Assembly: GCA_963785635.1 (NCBI GenBank)
Contig: CAWAWB010000007.1
Location: 114,199 to 178,198 of the forward strand
Reading direction: 5' to 3'
DNA: 64,000 nt
Source of the DNA: an uncultured Phycisphaerales bacterium
Lineage (GTDB): Bacteria > Planctomycetota > Phycisphaerae > SM23-33 > FEN-1343
Shown: positions 10,377 to 20,801 of the stretch, piece by piece
How positions within the stretch are numbered: position 1 is the first letter of the stretch
Layout: each line of letters begins with the position of its first letter
The notes under the pieces: model-generated
What the model saw: the letters and a program-made list of their open reading frames with translations, nothing else
Told to the model about the DNA's origin: nothing
Databases searched by the model: none
Translations under genes and position numbers: made by a program

Positions 10377-11176
10377 GGCCGCGCCTTTCCGCTTTGACTG
10401 CCACGAATGCGTTCCAATGCCTGTTGCCAGGGCAGTTGGCCGAGGGCGGCCATGCGATTCTGGTCCGTCAAATCCACGTGCAGCGGCGTGATGCTGATGA
10501 GGCCGCGCTCCAGGGCCATGACGTCGCTGTCGGCGGCGGGATTGCGAAAGCCGTACCAGTCGGTGAGTTGGTAGTGCTCGCCGCCCTGGCCATCGGTGCG
10601 GCGGCTGTAGCGTTCATCCACGGCCGCGACGGACTGGGGAGCGATGTCGATGCCGCGCGGGGCATCGGAAGTCATCATGGGCAGGTTCACGTTCACGAGC
10701 TGGCCGTTTTTCAGCCCCCCCGCCAGCAGGACATCCAGCACTGCGCGGCAGCAGCGCGCGGCTCGCGTGAAATCCAGCTCGCCGCCGGTGGAAAGGCTAA
10801 AGGCCACGGCCTTGGCGCCCAGCATGGCGCCTTCGGCCGCGGCGGCGACCGTGCCGCTATAGAGCACGTTGATGCCCGTATTGGCGCCGAAGTTGATGCC
10901 GCTGAGCACCAGGTCCGGCGGGGAGGGCAATAGCGCGCGGAAGGCCAGCTTTACGCAATCGGCTGGACGGCCGGCGACTGAAAGGCCCCAGAATTTTCCA
11001 TCGATGCTTACGCGTTCGACGGCCAGTTCGCCCCCCACCGTGATGCCATGCCCCGCGGCGGATTGCGGCGCGGCGGGCGCCACCACGGAGACCTCGCCCA
11101 TGTCCCGGACAGCGGCCTCTAAAGCCACCAGGCCGGGAGCGAGAATGCCATCATCATTTGTCAGCAGGATGCGCAT
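10373..11176 (-). CDS. surE: 5'/3'-nucleotidase SurE
   Basis: The start is the canonical SurE N-terminus MRILLTNDDGILAPGL. Confidence 0.85.
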   Translation of the reverse strand: MRILLTNDDGILAPGLVALEAAVRDMGEVSVVAPAAPQSAAGHGITVGGELAVERVSIDGKFWGLSVAGRPADCVKLAFRALLPSPPDLVLSGINFGANTGINVLYSGTVAAAAEGAMLGAKAVAFSLSTGGELDFTRAARCCRAVLDVLLAGGLKNGQLVNVNLPMMTSDAPRGIDIAPQSVAAVDERYSRRTDGQGGEHYQLTDWYGFRNPAADSDVMALERGLISITPLHVDLTDQNRMAALGQLPWQQALERIRGSQSGKARP

Positions 11177-11246
11177 GTGCTCGATCAGTACATTATGCGC
11201 ACAGCCGAGCGGCTGTGCCACATTAACAGCCCTCAAGCCTCAACCC

Positions 11247-13526
11247 TCACTTCACCGCCGTAATAGCCGGAATGAGAACCAGGCCGTTTTCGGTGGCGTC
11301 CTTGCCCAGTGAAATCTCCAGGCTCTCGATGGCCACATTGGGACGGGGGTTGACCCACTCCTGCACGTAGAACTTGTGGTCACCATCGATGGGCGCGGGC
11401 ACGGCCATGAAGCAGGTGTTGTAGACCCAGTTGACCGTCGGATAGGGCCAGAACTTGTTGATGACGCCGATGTGCTGGCCGAAATTGGCGGTGAAATTCT
11501 CCGCGCGGCCATCGGCATACTTCACCTTGTAGTTGATGAGCTGCGCGGGGCCGCGGTGGGCCATGGAAAATGTGAGGGCCAGGAAGACATCTTCCATGGT
11601 CGTGCCGTGCATGAGCAGCAACCGCTTGGCCTTGCGGCCCAGCTTCACCACGGCGCGGGAGTTCTTTGCCGCCGCGTTTTTTGCCTCCACGCCGGCCGCT
11701 TTGGAAAGGATGATCGAGCGAGACAGCATGCCCTTGCCATCGGCCTCCAGGGTGAATGAGCCCGTGCCGATAACGCTGGTCATCTGCTTCCCTGTGGCGA
11801 GTGTGCCCGCCAGCGGCTTAGGCAGCGGCGCCGCCACGGCGGAAAGATCGATCGCGGCCAGCCTGCTGTTATCCGGTCTTACCATCCAGCGCGACTCGCC
11901 TGAAACCTGATCCATGGCCAGCGGATGCCAGCGGGAGGCGAGCTCGCACACGCGCCGCTTCTCCATCGACCTATTGAGCCAGAGCGTGCTGGAGGAGGCG
12001 AAGATGTCGTTCACCACGCGGTTGTGGCCGAAGGCGTAGGCATCGACGGCGCACCAGGTAGAGACCTCCGCCCCTAAATGCCACTGGGGATCGCTGCGGT
12101 GCTTCCAGTCTTTAAACTCCAGGTCGATCCAGTTGCCGTAGACCTTCTGGAAGCCCTTCTTTGCGAAGTAATCATAGGTCACGCCTTCGGCGTTGCCCTG
12201 GCCGGAGGCCAGGGACTTTTCATCCGCCGGCTGCCCGATCCCCCAGTACCAGTCCATGATGAGGATGTCTTTGGCGACCTTGTCCACCGCCTTCCACGTG
12301 GCGGGCAGGAACCATTTGCGGCCGGTTTCCTGCTCCACCTTGCTCATTTCCAGACCGCCATACTTGGTGGGCATAAGCTTGTCGCCCCACATGACCGTGC
12401 GGATATTGCGGTCGGCCAGGAAATCGTGGATGCGGTTGAGGTCATAGGCCAAAAGGTCGTGCCCGCTCATGTGCCGGCAGCGCGGGCAGTGGGCGATGTG
12501 CATCAACTCATCGTGGCCGATGTGGATCATCGGCGGGTTAAAGACCTCGATAATCTCGTCCAGCGCATCGAACAGGAGCTCATAGGTCCGCGGGTGCATC
12601 GGGCAGTACGTGTCGGGGTACGGATCATCGCTGCGCTCGGCGATTTCGGGGTAGGCCAGGCACAGCCAGTAACAATGCGAGAGCGACTGCACCTCGGGGA
12701 TGATCTGGATGTGGCGGCGCTTGCACTCGTCGATGATGTCCTGGATCTGCCGCCGCGCGAGCCCTTTACCACCGGCCAGTTCGGTGTGCGTGGAGTCCTT
12801 GGAGTAATAGCGCGACTCCTGAAGGCACTCGGGGCCGCGCGTGATAGCGTACGGCTTTTTGCGCAGGGAGGACGGCATGGGGTCTTTGGCGGCCGTGTAA
12901 TTACGGGCGATTTTGACGAAGTTCTTCCAGGTGGTGTTGATGATGCGATGGCGCTTGAATTCAAACCCGCCGCCCAGTTCCAGAAACAGCGTGTTGAAAC
13001 GGAAGGCCGACATCTGGTCCAGCCAGCGCCCAAAGAAATCGAGGTTCTTGGCCGCGGGGAGGAACATGTGCATACCGCGAATGGGCAGCGAGGGCCAGTC
13101 GCGGATTTTTTGCGCCGGCAAATTCGGCGCGTGCTGCTCCAACAATTGCGCCAGCACCTGGGCGGCGAAGAAAATCCCCGCCGCATCGCGGCCGGCCAGT
13201 TCGATTCCCTTGGGCGATATATTCAGCACGTACCCTTCGCTCTTTCGCGCGGCGGCATCCTGGCCCGCCGCGCCATCCAGATCGGTCACAGTCAGCGTGA
13301 CTTTCTTTCCGCGGGCAGGAATAAAGGCGGCGGCGCGAGTATCTAACACCCGCCGCACACCCTGGGCGGCGGTGCGCAGCCAACCGGCGTCTTTTGCGAC
13401 TTGAATATCGATGGGGCCGGAGATTTTCAGCGTGCCTTTGCCGATGTTCTGCTGCTGCGGGCGGGGCCAGGGATATATCTGTTCGAGTTTTGCGCTCATG
13501 GACTCATTCCTTCGCTGGTTGGACAT
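11247..13526 (-). CDS. GH20-like beta-N-acetylhexosaminidase family protein
   Basis: 759 aa. The segment IIPEVQSLSHC...MIHIGHDE resembles the GH20 catalytic H-x-G-G-D-E region with the D-E pair kept. Confidence 0.5.
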   Translation of the reverse strand: MSNQRRNESMSAKLEQIYPWPRPQQQNIGKGTLKISGPIDIQVAKDAGWLRTAAQGVRRVLDTRAAAFIPARGKKVTLTVTDLDGAAGQDAAARKSEGYVLNISPKGIELAGRDAAGIFFAAQVLAQLLEQHAPNLPAQKIRDWPSLPIRGMHMFLPAAKNLDFFGRWLDQMSAFRFNTLFLELGGGFEFKRHRIINTTWKNFVKIARNYTAAKDPMPSSLRKKPYAITRGPECLQESRYYSKDSTHTELAGGKGLARRQIQDIIDECKRRHIQIIPEVQSLSHCYWLCLAYPEIAERSDDPYPDTYCPMHPRTYELLFDALDEIIEVFNPPMIHIGHDELMHIAHCPRCRHMSGHDLLAYDLNRIHDFLADRNIRTVMWGDKLMPTKYGGLEMSKVEQETGRKWFLPATWKAVDKVAKDILIMDWYWGIGQPADEKSLASGQGNAEGVTYDYFAKKGFQKVYGNWIDLEFKDWKHRSDPQWHLGAEVSTWCAVDAYAFGHNRVVNDIFASSSTLWLNRSMEKRRVCELASRWHPLAMDQVSGESRWMVRPDNSRLAAIDLSAVAAPLPKPLAGTLATGKQMTSVIGTGSFTLEADGKGMLSRSIILSKAAGVEAKNAAAKNSRAVVKLGRKAKRLLLMHGTTMEDVFLALTFSMAHRGPAQLINYKVKYADGRAENFTANFGQHIGVINKFWPYPTVNWVYNTCFMAVPAPIDGDHKFYVQEWVNPRPNVAIESLEISLGKDATENGLVLIPAITAVK

Positions 13527-13656
13527 AGGGCTGTGTAAGTTACATTGATGAGGGCGGCAAGTCCACAGCCGCGCGGGGGCAGCTCATGGGGCATAAAAAA
13601 CCGACATCGTTTGCAAATGCCGGTCGAAGCTTAATCTAATGAATGGAATAGTCTGA

Positions 13657-14721
13657 TTAATACCCCCTGCTGGGGTAGGTTCCATCCGCAGTCGTGTGCT
13701 TGAGAATCTCGCGGTTGTCATCGGTTGGGGTGTAACTGACTACATGGCCGTCCCACATGACCGCCGCGGGATTGGGCTGGTAGTACTCGAAAGGCCACGT
13801 CCGGCCCAGCCACTGGTCATCATACGTGGTGTTGGCGCATCCGAAACAGGGTGGACAACTCATCGTCTGCCAGGCGTGGCTGTAATATTCAATCACGCTG
13901 AAATCCACACCCGTCGGCCGGCCGCTATTGGGGTCGCCGATAGACTGATGGACGAACAAGGGATAGGCGCTGGTGGCGGCATCGGCGCAGTTGTCACCGT
14001 CGCCCATCCAGATGGTGTTGCTGGCGTCGTTGAGCTCTTCGGGCCTATAAGGTCCCCAGCCATTGTTACGGTAATGAGGCGCGCCGGTATCGCTTGAGCC
14101 AAAGGGGAAGCTGTTTAAGAGGGTGGACCAGAAATAGGTGCAGCGGACCCTGCCGTAACGATCAAAGCTTGTGCTGCTGATCGTGCGATAGCTATTTCGG
14201 ACCAGGGGGCAGACGGCCAGGGGGCAATCGGTGACATTGTACTCGGGGCTGCTGGAGCCGTACATCCATTGGTTGTAGTCGATATCGACCGGCAAACAAT
14301 GCGTGACCACCAGGGAATCGACGGCCGAGGGACAAAAGTACCCATTGGGATCATTCAAACTGTAAGGTTGGCCGAACGTGTAATAAGGCAGCGGAACGTG
14401 GGGATCGTACATGTAGGCCGGCGCACCGCCGCAATAGGCATTGGTGAATTGCCCGGTCGGGTGAATCATCCAGCCGTGGGCCTGCGAGGCGTACATGGTA
14501 CCCGCGTTGTACAGGCCGTGCAGGTTGGCGGCGTCCAGCGCCTGCATGGCCTGCATCCTGGCCTGCTGGAGGCTGGGCAAAAGAATGCTCACCAGCAGGG
14601 CGATGATGGCGATCACCACCAGCAGCTCGATCAGCGTAAAGCCGCGCAGGGAAGGCCAGGGCCGTTCGGGCGCGGCCTTTGCATTACCATGTGTTTGCTG
14701 TACGCAGATCGTAGGTTCCAT
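13657..14721 (-). CDS. Prepilin-type N-terminal cleavage/methylation domain protein with a DUF1559-like C-terminus, paralog 1 of 4
   Basis: Class III signal and pseudopilin helix [29 protein letters not shown]. This family is expanded in Planctomycetes. Confidence 0.8.
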   Translation of the reverse strand: MEPTICVQQTHGNAKAAPERPWPSLRGFTLIELLVVIAIIALLVSILLPSLQQARMQAMQALDAANLHGLYNAGTMYASQAHGWMIHPTGQFTNAYCGGAPAYMYDPHVPLPYYTFGQPYSLNDPNGYFCPSAVDSLVVTHCLPVDIDYNQWMYGSSSPEYNVTDCPLAVCPLVRNSYRTISSTSFDRYGRVRCTYFWSTLLNSFPFGSSDTGAPHYRNNGWGPYRPEELNDASNTIWMGDGDNCADAATSAYPLFVHQSIGDPNSGRPTGVDFSVIEYYSHAWQTMSCPPCFGCANTTYDDQWLGRTWPFEYYQPNPAAVMWDGHVVSYTPTDDNREILKHTTADGTYPSRGY

Positions 14722-15751
14722 CCTTTGTACAATGCTTCAGAATTGAGTAATCCTGTGCCTCCGGCGGATCATACTGGGTCACGTGACCATCCCATTGTGC
14801 AGCGGCGGGCGAGGGATGGTAATAATCGAAGATGCCCTGCCGGGAGAGGGTGTTATCAGCGGCGGTAACCGATGCGCCAAAACAGGGCGGGGGGGTGAAA
14901 AAATCATCCCCGATGCCATAGTGGGCTATAGGGCTGAAGTCAACGGCCAGCGCATTGTTTGCACTGCCGCCATGGTTGGGATCAGGCCCGACTTTCTTTT
15001 TCGGAACGAAACCCGCATAGGTTCCCGCATCGGTGCAATTATCGGCATCACCCATCCAGATGGTATTGCTGGCATCATCCATTTCTTCAGGCCTGTATGG
15101 ACCATAGCCGTTATCACGATAGTGCCATTTGCCCGTACTGCTCATGCTCATCGGATCGCTGGTCAGCAGCGCCGACCAGAAGTAGGTGAATCGCACCATG
15201 CCTGTACTCTGGCTGTAATAAGTGATGGATGAGGCATCGAGGGTTGGAAACGAATTTCGGGCGAGGGGGCATACGCCGATGGCCACCTCGGTTACGTGCC
15301 ACTGGGGCGACCCGACACCCCACTGAACCATGCTGCTGTCCACATCGATCGGAACGCACTCTTTAACCACCAGGGAATCAATGGGAGATGGATCCCACCA
15401 CTGCACCAAGGGGTATTCGTTGTACGGCGGCCTGCCAAAGTTCCAGAAAGGCCCGGGGGTGGTAGGCTCGTACATGGTGGGCGGCGTGGTGGCGGGAATG
15501 TAATACATCAAGCCGCCAGGTTTATCGGCGAAATGGCTCATCGGATTACACATGTAGCCGTTGGATTGCGAGGCATACATGGCGCCCGCGGCGTACAGGC
15601 CGTGCAGATTGCCGCAGCACAGCGATTCCATGGCCAGGACCCTGGCCCGCTGGAGGCTGGGCAAAAGGATGCTCACGAGGAGCGCGATGATGGCGATGAC
15701 CACGAGCAGTTCAATCAGCGTAAAAGCACGCCTGCGGGATGCGGAAGAAGA
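14684..15751 (-). CDS. Prepilin-type/DUF1559 protein, paralog 2 of 4
   Basis: [29 protein letters not shown]. The likely GTG start gives (M)[13 protein letters not shown], in parallel with paralog 3. The ORF track extends to 15820. The 3' end overlaps paralog 1 by 38 bp. Confidence 0.75.
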   Translation of the reverse strand, partial: SSSASRRRAFTLIELLVVIAIIALLVSILLPSLQRARVLAMESLCCGNLHGLYAAGAMYASQSNGYMCNPMSHFADKPGGLMYYIPATTPPTMYEPTTPGPFWNFGRPPYNEYPLVQWWDPSPIDSLVVKECVPIDVDSSMVQWGVGSPQWHVTEVAIGVCPLARNSFPTLDASSITYYSQSTGMVRFTYFWSALLTSDPMSMSSTGKWHYRDNGYGPYRPEEMDDASNTIWMGDADNCTDAGTYAGFVPKKKVGPDPNHGGSANNALAVDFSPIAHYGIGDDFFTPPPCFGASVTAADNTLSRQGIFDYYHPSPAAAQWDGHVTQYDPPEAQDYSILKHCTKDGTYDLRTANTW

Positions 15752-15923
15752 ATGCACGGTTGGCCAGTTCCTACATATCACTGCCACAACTCCTAGATTC
15801 GGGGCGGGATTTGGATGCACTAGAACAACATTTTCTCATTACCGGCGGGACTTGTCCATATGTTGGCTTCTGGAATGGCAAAAAATCTTGCGGACTTCCG
15901 GAAAAAACCGCGATGCCCTCAGC
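15752..15923 (-). promoter_or_regulatory. Conserved promoter/5'-leader of DUF1559 paralog 2 (the same block recurs at 16934..17153 for paralog 3)
   Basis: Near-identical blocks are shared between 15760-15910 and 16935-17090. On the coding strand they read TTGCCA-N15/17-TAT(A/G)GA, a -35/-10 candidate, then a ~110-nt conserved leader up to the start codon. Confidence 0.4.
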
Positions 15924-16933
15924 TTAAGGACTCTGGTGCAAGGGCAGCTTGCCATCCTTGGTGGTCAGCTTGAGAACATCATCGTTGTTGTTGATGCCTG
16001 GAACGCTGTAGGGGCTGACGTGGCCGTCCCAGTGGGCGCCGGAGGGATCGGCCTGGTAGTACTCGCCCGTAGCTCCAGTGCTATAAGTGATAATTGAGCC
16101 AAAGCAGGGAGTTGCGCTCGTCATCCCGAAGATCGAGTAATAGGGGTTGTAGTACAGCACGGGCGCGGCGTCGCAAGGGGCGCCTTTATTGGCGGCGGTG
16201 ACGCCATTTGGATCGCCCAGCGCAAATAAGAGCGGATGCTGCCCCACATCGCCGACCATCATGGCGTCGCCCATAAACAGCGTGCGGCTGGGATCATTCA
16301 GCTCCTCCTGCTTATAGGGCCCCCAGGCGTTGTCGCGATAGAACGGGCCGCCGAAGTACAGGCTGGTCAGCAGCGAGGACTGGAAATACGTGGTCTGGTT
16401 TCTGCCCCACGTTTCCACGTCACAGCCGGCGATAACCGGAAAGGCGTTACGTGCCAGGGGACAGGCCGCCACGGCGGCCATGGCCGCGTAGTATTTGGGG
16501 CTGCCGGAGCTGCCTTCATACATCCTCTGGGTGAAATCAACATCGACGGCGATCGTCTTAGTGACGATCCAGGAGTCGGTCGCCATTGGCTGCCAAAAAT
16601 AGTTTGCCTCGTAATCATAAGGCGGGCCGAAGCTCAGGTACGGCGGCGGCGTAGCCGCATCCACGAAATTAGCGAGGGGCGAGACACTGAAGGTGCCCGT
16701 AACGGCGAAGGCCGAGTACGGGTGGCACATGAAGCCCTTGTTGGCGGAGGAATACATGGCGCCGGCCTGGTACAAGCCGTGCAGATTGCCGCCGCACAGC
16801 GATTCCATGGCCAGCTTTCTGGCCTGCTGGAGACTGGGCAACAGAATGCTGACCAGCAGGGCGATGATGGCGATCACCACGAGCAGCTCAATCAGGGTGA
16901 AAGCACGCCTGCGGGATGCGGAAAAAGAACGCA
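15924..16933 (-). CDS. Prepilin-type/DUF1559 protein, paralog 3 of 4
   Basis: [47 protein letters not shown]. The ORF track extends to 17105, but a conserved ATG at 16933 is preferred. Confidence 0.75.
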
Positions 16934-17153
16934 TGGCCGGCCAGCTCCTACCTATCACAGCCTGAATTCGGGGGCGGGGTTTTCGGTCACTAAAACCACA
17001 TTTTCTCATTACCGGCGGAACTTGTCTATAGTGCAACGCTTCTGGAGTGGCAAAAAATCTTGCGGACCTCCCGAAAAAAACCGCGACGCCCCTTTCACAG
17101 AGCATCGCGGCGATAAAACCATCCTCAGCCGGTTCAGGGGCCGGCGGCGAAAC

Positions 17154-18218
17154 CTAGCGCCGATCCTTCAAGGGCAGCAGGCCATCTTTGGTCGTCAGCT
17201 TCACAACATCATAGGCATTGTTCACGCCGGGCGGGCTGTAGGTGCTGACGTGGCCGTCCCAGTGGCCGCCCGAGGGATCCTGCTGGTAATACTCCCCCAC
17301 GGAGGGGCCGTTGTTATACGACATCACGCCGGCGAAACAGGGGAAATCATCCATTATTCTATAATTGCCAAAGATGCTGTAGAAGGGAGTGTAGTACTGG
17401 ACCGGCGCGGCATCACAAGGGATATTGGTGGCGTTGCTGGGGGTATTGGGATCACATAAATAAAACTTGATCGGGGGTTGGCCGATATCATTGCACATGA
17501 TGGCGTCGCCCATCCAGAGGGTCTTGCTTGCGTCGTTCAGCTCTTCCTGCTTGTAGGCGCCCCAGACGTTGTTGCGATAGTTCGGGGCGTTGGTGGAATC
17601 ACTGCCTTCCCAACTGGTCATCAGCGAGGACTGGAAATACGTGGTCTGGCTTCTGCCCCACGTTTCGGTCGAGGTAGGGCAGAGGGTGGGGAAGGCGTTG
17701 CGGGCCAGCGGACACACGGCCACGGCAGCCTGGGCTACATAGAACTTGTTGGGGGGGTTGCCCTGGTTCGTCTCATATATTCTGTGGCCAAAATCGACGT
17801 CGATAGCGATCGTGTGGGTGACGATCCAGGAGTCGACCGCCAGCGGCTGCCAGAAGGTATCGGCCGGGGTGACCTTGCAGTAGTCATACGGCGGGCCGTA
17901 GGTCCGGTACGGCGACGGAGTGCCGTAGGGATCCACAAGATAACCCGGACCGCTCAAGGCGAAGTCGGCGGGCGGAACGAACAACGCGAACTCCGGGCAC
18001 GGGTGGCACATGAAGCCGTTGTTGTCGGAGGAATACATGGTAGCGGCCTGGTACAGGGCGTGCAAATTACCGCTGCACAGCGATTCCATGGCCAGCTTTC
18101 TGGCCTGCTGGAGGCTGGGCAACAGAATGCTGACCAGCAGGGCGATGATGGCGATAACCACCAACAATTCGATGAGCGTAAAGGCCAGTTTAGATCTGCG
18201 GGACGGGCGCCGGTTCAT
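17154..18218 (-). CDS. Prepilin-type/DUF1559 protein, paralog 4 of 4
   Basis: [48 protein letters not shown]. Very similar to paralog 3. Confidence 0.8.
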   Translation of the reverse strand: MNRRPSRRSKLAFTLIELLVVIAIIALLVSILLPSLQQARKLAMESLCSGNLHALYQAATMYSSDNNGFMCHPCPEFALFVPPADFALSGPGYLVDPYGTPSPYRTYGPPYDYCKVTPADTFWQPLAVDSWIVTHTIAIDVDFGHRIYETNQGNPPNKFYVAQAAVAVCPLARNAFPTLCPTSTETWGRSQTTYFQSSLMTSWEGSDSTNAPNYRNNVWGAYKQEELNDASKTLWMGDAIMCNDIGQPPIKFYLCDPNTPSNATNIPCDAAPVQYYTPFYSIFGNYRIMDDFPCFAGVMSYNNGPSVGEYYQQDPSGGHWDGHVSTYSPPGVNNAYDVVKLTTKDGLLPLKDRR

Positions 18219-18542
18219 GCTGCAATCTCCTCACTAATCCACCTTGGAAAGTTCGCCTTGTGCAACCGTAAGAGTGACCGCTTTGCGCCTCCGTGGGCAG
18301 CCCGCTAAAACCAAGCGAAGCAACTGCCGGTGGGTCCGGCAGCCGAAACCTCAAGGGCCGGCGCACAGTTACCCGGTCATGAAAACATTCTATAGCACTT
18401 CCTGGTCCGCCGCTACACTATTTTCGCAACAGAAAGTTAGAAAAAGCTGACCGGCATATACCTTAGCCACCCACCCTTGTGAGCTTGGTCGAAAAAACCG
18501 CCGTAAACTCTTATCGCAACGGAAGAAACCGGCGATAGGTTT

Positions 18543-19586
18543 TCAGGTGGATTGCCTGACAATCAGTTGCGGCTGGACCAGGATGCAGCGCTGGGGGTCC
18601 GCGAGCGGCTCATGCTTTTCCAGCCGCGCGATTTGTTCCATCATCAGTTCCGCGCAGCGCGTGTGCCGGTGGTCGATGGTGGTCAGTTCCGGATCCAGCA
18701 GATCTGAGTATTCGCGGTTGTCAAAGCCTACCACGGCCACGTCCTGCGGCACTTTGAGGCCCAGGCGCTTGAGTTCCTTCATGCCCACGGCCGCCCAGCG
18801 GTCAGCGGTAAAAACCAGCGCATCGCATTTTTTCGCCACAAGTTCGGCGATTATCCCGCCGGCGACTTCCATCACGGCTGGGCGTCCTGAAGTGGTCGGA
18901 AAAACGGCGATGCGGTCGAGGCCATCCTCCAGGCCATGCTGGCGGATCGCCTGGCAATAGCCATCATGCTTGTCGTCTTCCAGCATGGAATGCCCGCCCA
19001 TCCGGGCCATCTCCACCAGACCTATGCGGCGCCGCCCGCGCTCTATCAGATGATCAACCGCCATCTTTGCGGCGGCAAAACGGTCCATTTGCACGTAGCA
19101 GATGGCACTGGAAGGAAACCTCACACAGGAAACCAGGCACGGGATTTCCGCCAGCAGTTCCCCCACCGAATTATCGGTGTCGAGATAAGCGATAGTATCG
19201 ATGCCGCGAGCGGCAAATTCATCCAGCGAGGTCTGGAGGTCTTCAATCCGGAGGTGCAGTTGACTGACCAAGACCCGGTAACCCGCCTGGCGGGCCACGG
19301 CCTCGAACGCCAGCAGCCGTTCGGCGCGCTTGGCGCTCATAGCCGACTGGGTAAGCAGGGCCCCGATCAAATGCGTGCTCTTGCCGGAGAGCCGCTGGGC
19401 CACCTGGTTAGGCTGGTAGTTCAGCTTTTTTGCAGCCTGGCGAATCTTGCTGGCGGTCTCCGGGCTCACGCCGATATTGCCGCCGCTGCCTAAGAGCACG
19501 TGTCCCACAGCGCCGCGCGACACGCCCACCGCCCGGGCGATATCCACAAGGCGGATGCGCTTTCGACTTATATCACCGTTGGACAT
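18543..19586 (-). CDS. LacI-family transcriptional regulator
   Basis: N-terminal HTH (IRLVDIARAVGVSRGAVGHVL...VSPETASKIRQAAKKLNYQPNQVAQ) followed by a periplasmic-binding-like sugar-binding domain. Confidence 0.8.
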   Translation of the reverse strand: MSNGDISRKRIRLVDIARAVGVSRGAVGHVLLGSGGNIGVSPETASKIRQAAKKLNYQPNQVAQRLSGKSTHLIGALLTQSAMSAKRAERLLAFEAVARQAGYRVLVSQLHLRIEDLQTSLDEFAARGIDTIAYLDTDNSVGELLAEIPCLVSCVRFPSSAICYVQMDRFAAAKMAVDHLIERGRRRIGLVEMARMGGHSMLEDDKHDGYCQAIRQHGLEDGLDRIAVFPTTSGRPAVMEVAGGIIAELVAKKCDALVFTADRWAAVGMKELKRLGLKVPQDVAVVGFDNREYSDLLDPELTTIDHRHTRCAELMMEQIARLEKHEPLADPQRCILVQPQLIVRQST

Positions 19587-19836
19587 GCTAAACAAAACCG
19601 CCGAACCGCGGCGCCGAAAGACACAGCAGACCTGCACTCGAACTGCAGACTTCAGACGCAGGCTGCATTACAAGAACACCACAACTGGCGTTTCTATAGC
19701 CGGCGTCAGCGACTTCAGAGCCCGATAACACGCTTGGGCATTAACGACCACACGGCCACCGGCTCTCTACTTGTAACGTACTACATACAGCCGCAAAGTC
19801 AAATCAAGAATGACATCAAAACGCGGTATAAATCAA

Positions 19837-20738
19837 CTAGCCTTGGGCTTTAAGAAAGTTCGTCAGCTTTCTGATAATGAAATTCCGCGTCATTTCCTGC
19901 GATTCGACGGTGACGCCGCCCAGGTGCGGCGTAATCACCAGGTTGTCATGCGTGGCGGCGTAGCGAATCAGCGGATGCTCGGCGATATTCGGCAGCCACT
20001 CGCCGTTGATGACGTCGATGCCCGCCCCGGCCAGTGGGCCGCTGGCCAGCACATCGATGAACGCCTGCTCATCGATAATGCCGCCGCGGCTGGTATTCAC
20101 CAGGATGGAGCCGCTCTTCATCTTGTTAAGCTTTTGGCGGTCGAAGAAGCCTTCATTGCCTTGAAGATGAATGTGAATGGAAAGAACATCCGACTCGCGC
20201 AGCAGGGTGTCCAAATCCACCATCGTGACGCCCGCTTCGGGCTTTATGTCCTTAGTATCGTTGGCCAGGACCTTCATGCGGAAGGCCTTGCCGTACTGCG
20301 CGGTGATCGTCCCTAACCGGCCGTAGCCCAGGACCCCCAGTGTCTTGCCGGAGATCTGATGCCCGCGCCAATCGCCGCCCACACGCCGCCACTGGCCCTT
20401 CTTGGCGGCTTCAAAGCCCCAGGGAATTTTGCCGCACGGTCGCCAGCATGAGCGCCCAAGCCAGCTCGGCCGTGGCCGTGATGCTGCTCAAGAATGCCGT
20501 CTCCTCCTTGAGGCACAGGATGGCGATATTCTTTTCGGCGGCGGCGTCCAGATCGACGTGATCGCGGCCGGTGGCGCCAAAGGCCAACGCCCGCAGCTTT
20601 TTCGCCTTGTCCAAACAGCGCCCGGTCATAGCGGATGGCAAGGCCGATGAGCGCGGCATCGGCATCCACGATGTGCTTCTCCACATCCTCGCGCGTGGAG
20701 GGAATCTGCACGACATCCGCTATCTGCTTGAGCTCCAT
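19837..20738 (-). CDS. D-isomer-specific 2-hydroxyacid dehydrogenase family protein (two apparent frameshifts)
   Basis: The C-terminal part (ORF 19837..20382) has the NAD-binding GKTLGVLGYGRLG and the catalytic region. The N-terminal parts lie in ORFs 20313..20738 and 20411..20716. Confidence 0.7.
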
Positions 20739-20801
20739 CGTACCCGGGGCCGACCTCTACATCCGTTCCCACGGCCAGTACGCGCCATCGTTTCGCCATT
20801 G

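Noticed and set aside
15856-15900. Possible sigma-54 promoter TGGCAAAAAATCTTGCGG upstream of DUF1559 paralogs (also at 17036-17053)
   Set aside because: The GG-to-GC spacing is one nucleotide too long for the strict -24/-12 geometry. The motif is also on the plus strand, which points away from the minus-strand genes. On the coding strand the same block reads as a sigma-70-like TTGCCA-N15/17-TATAGA promoter instead.
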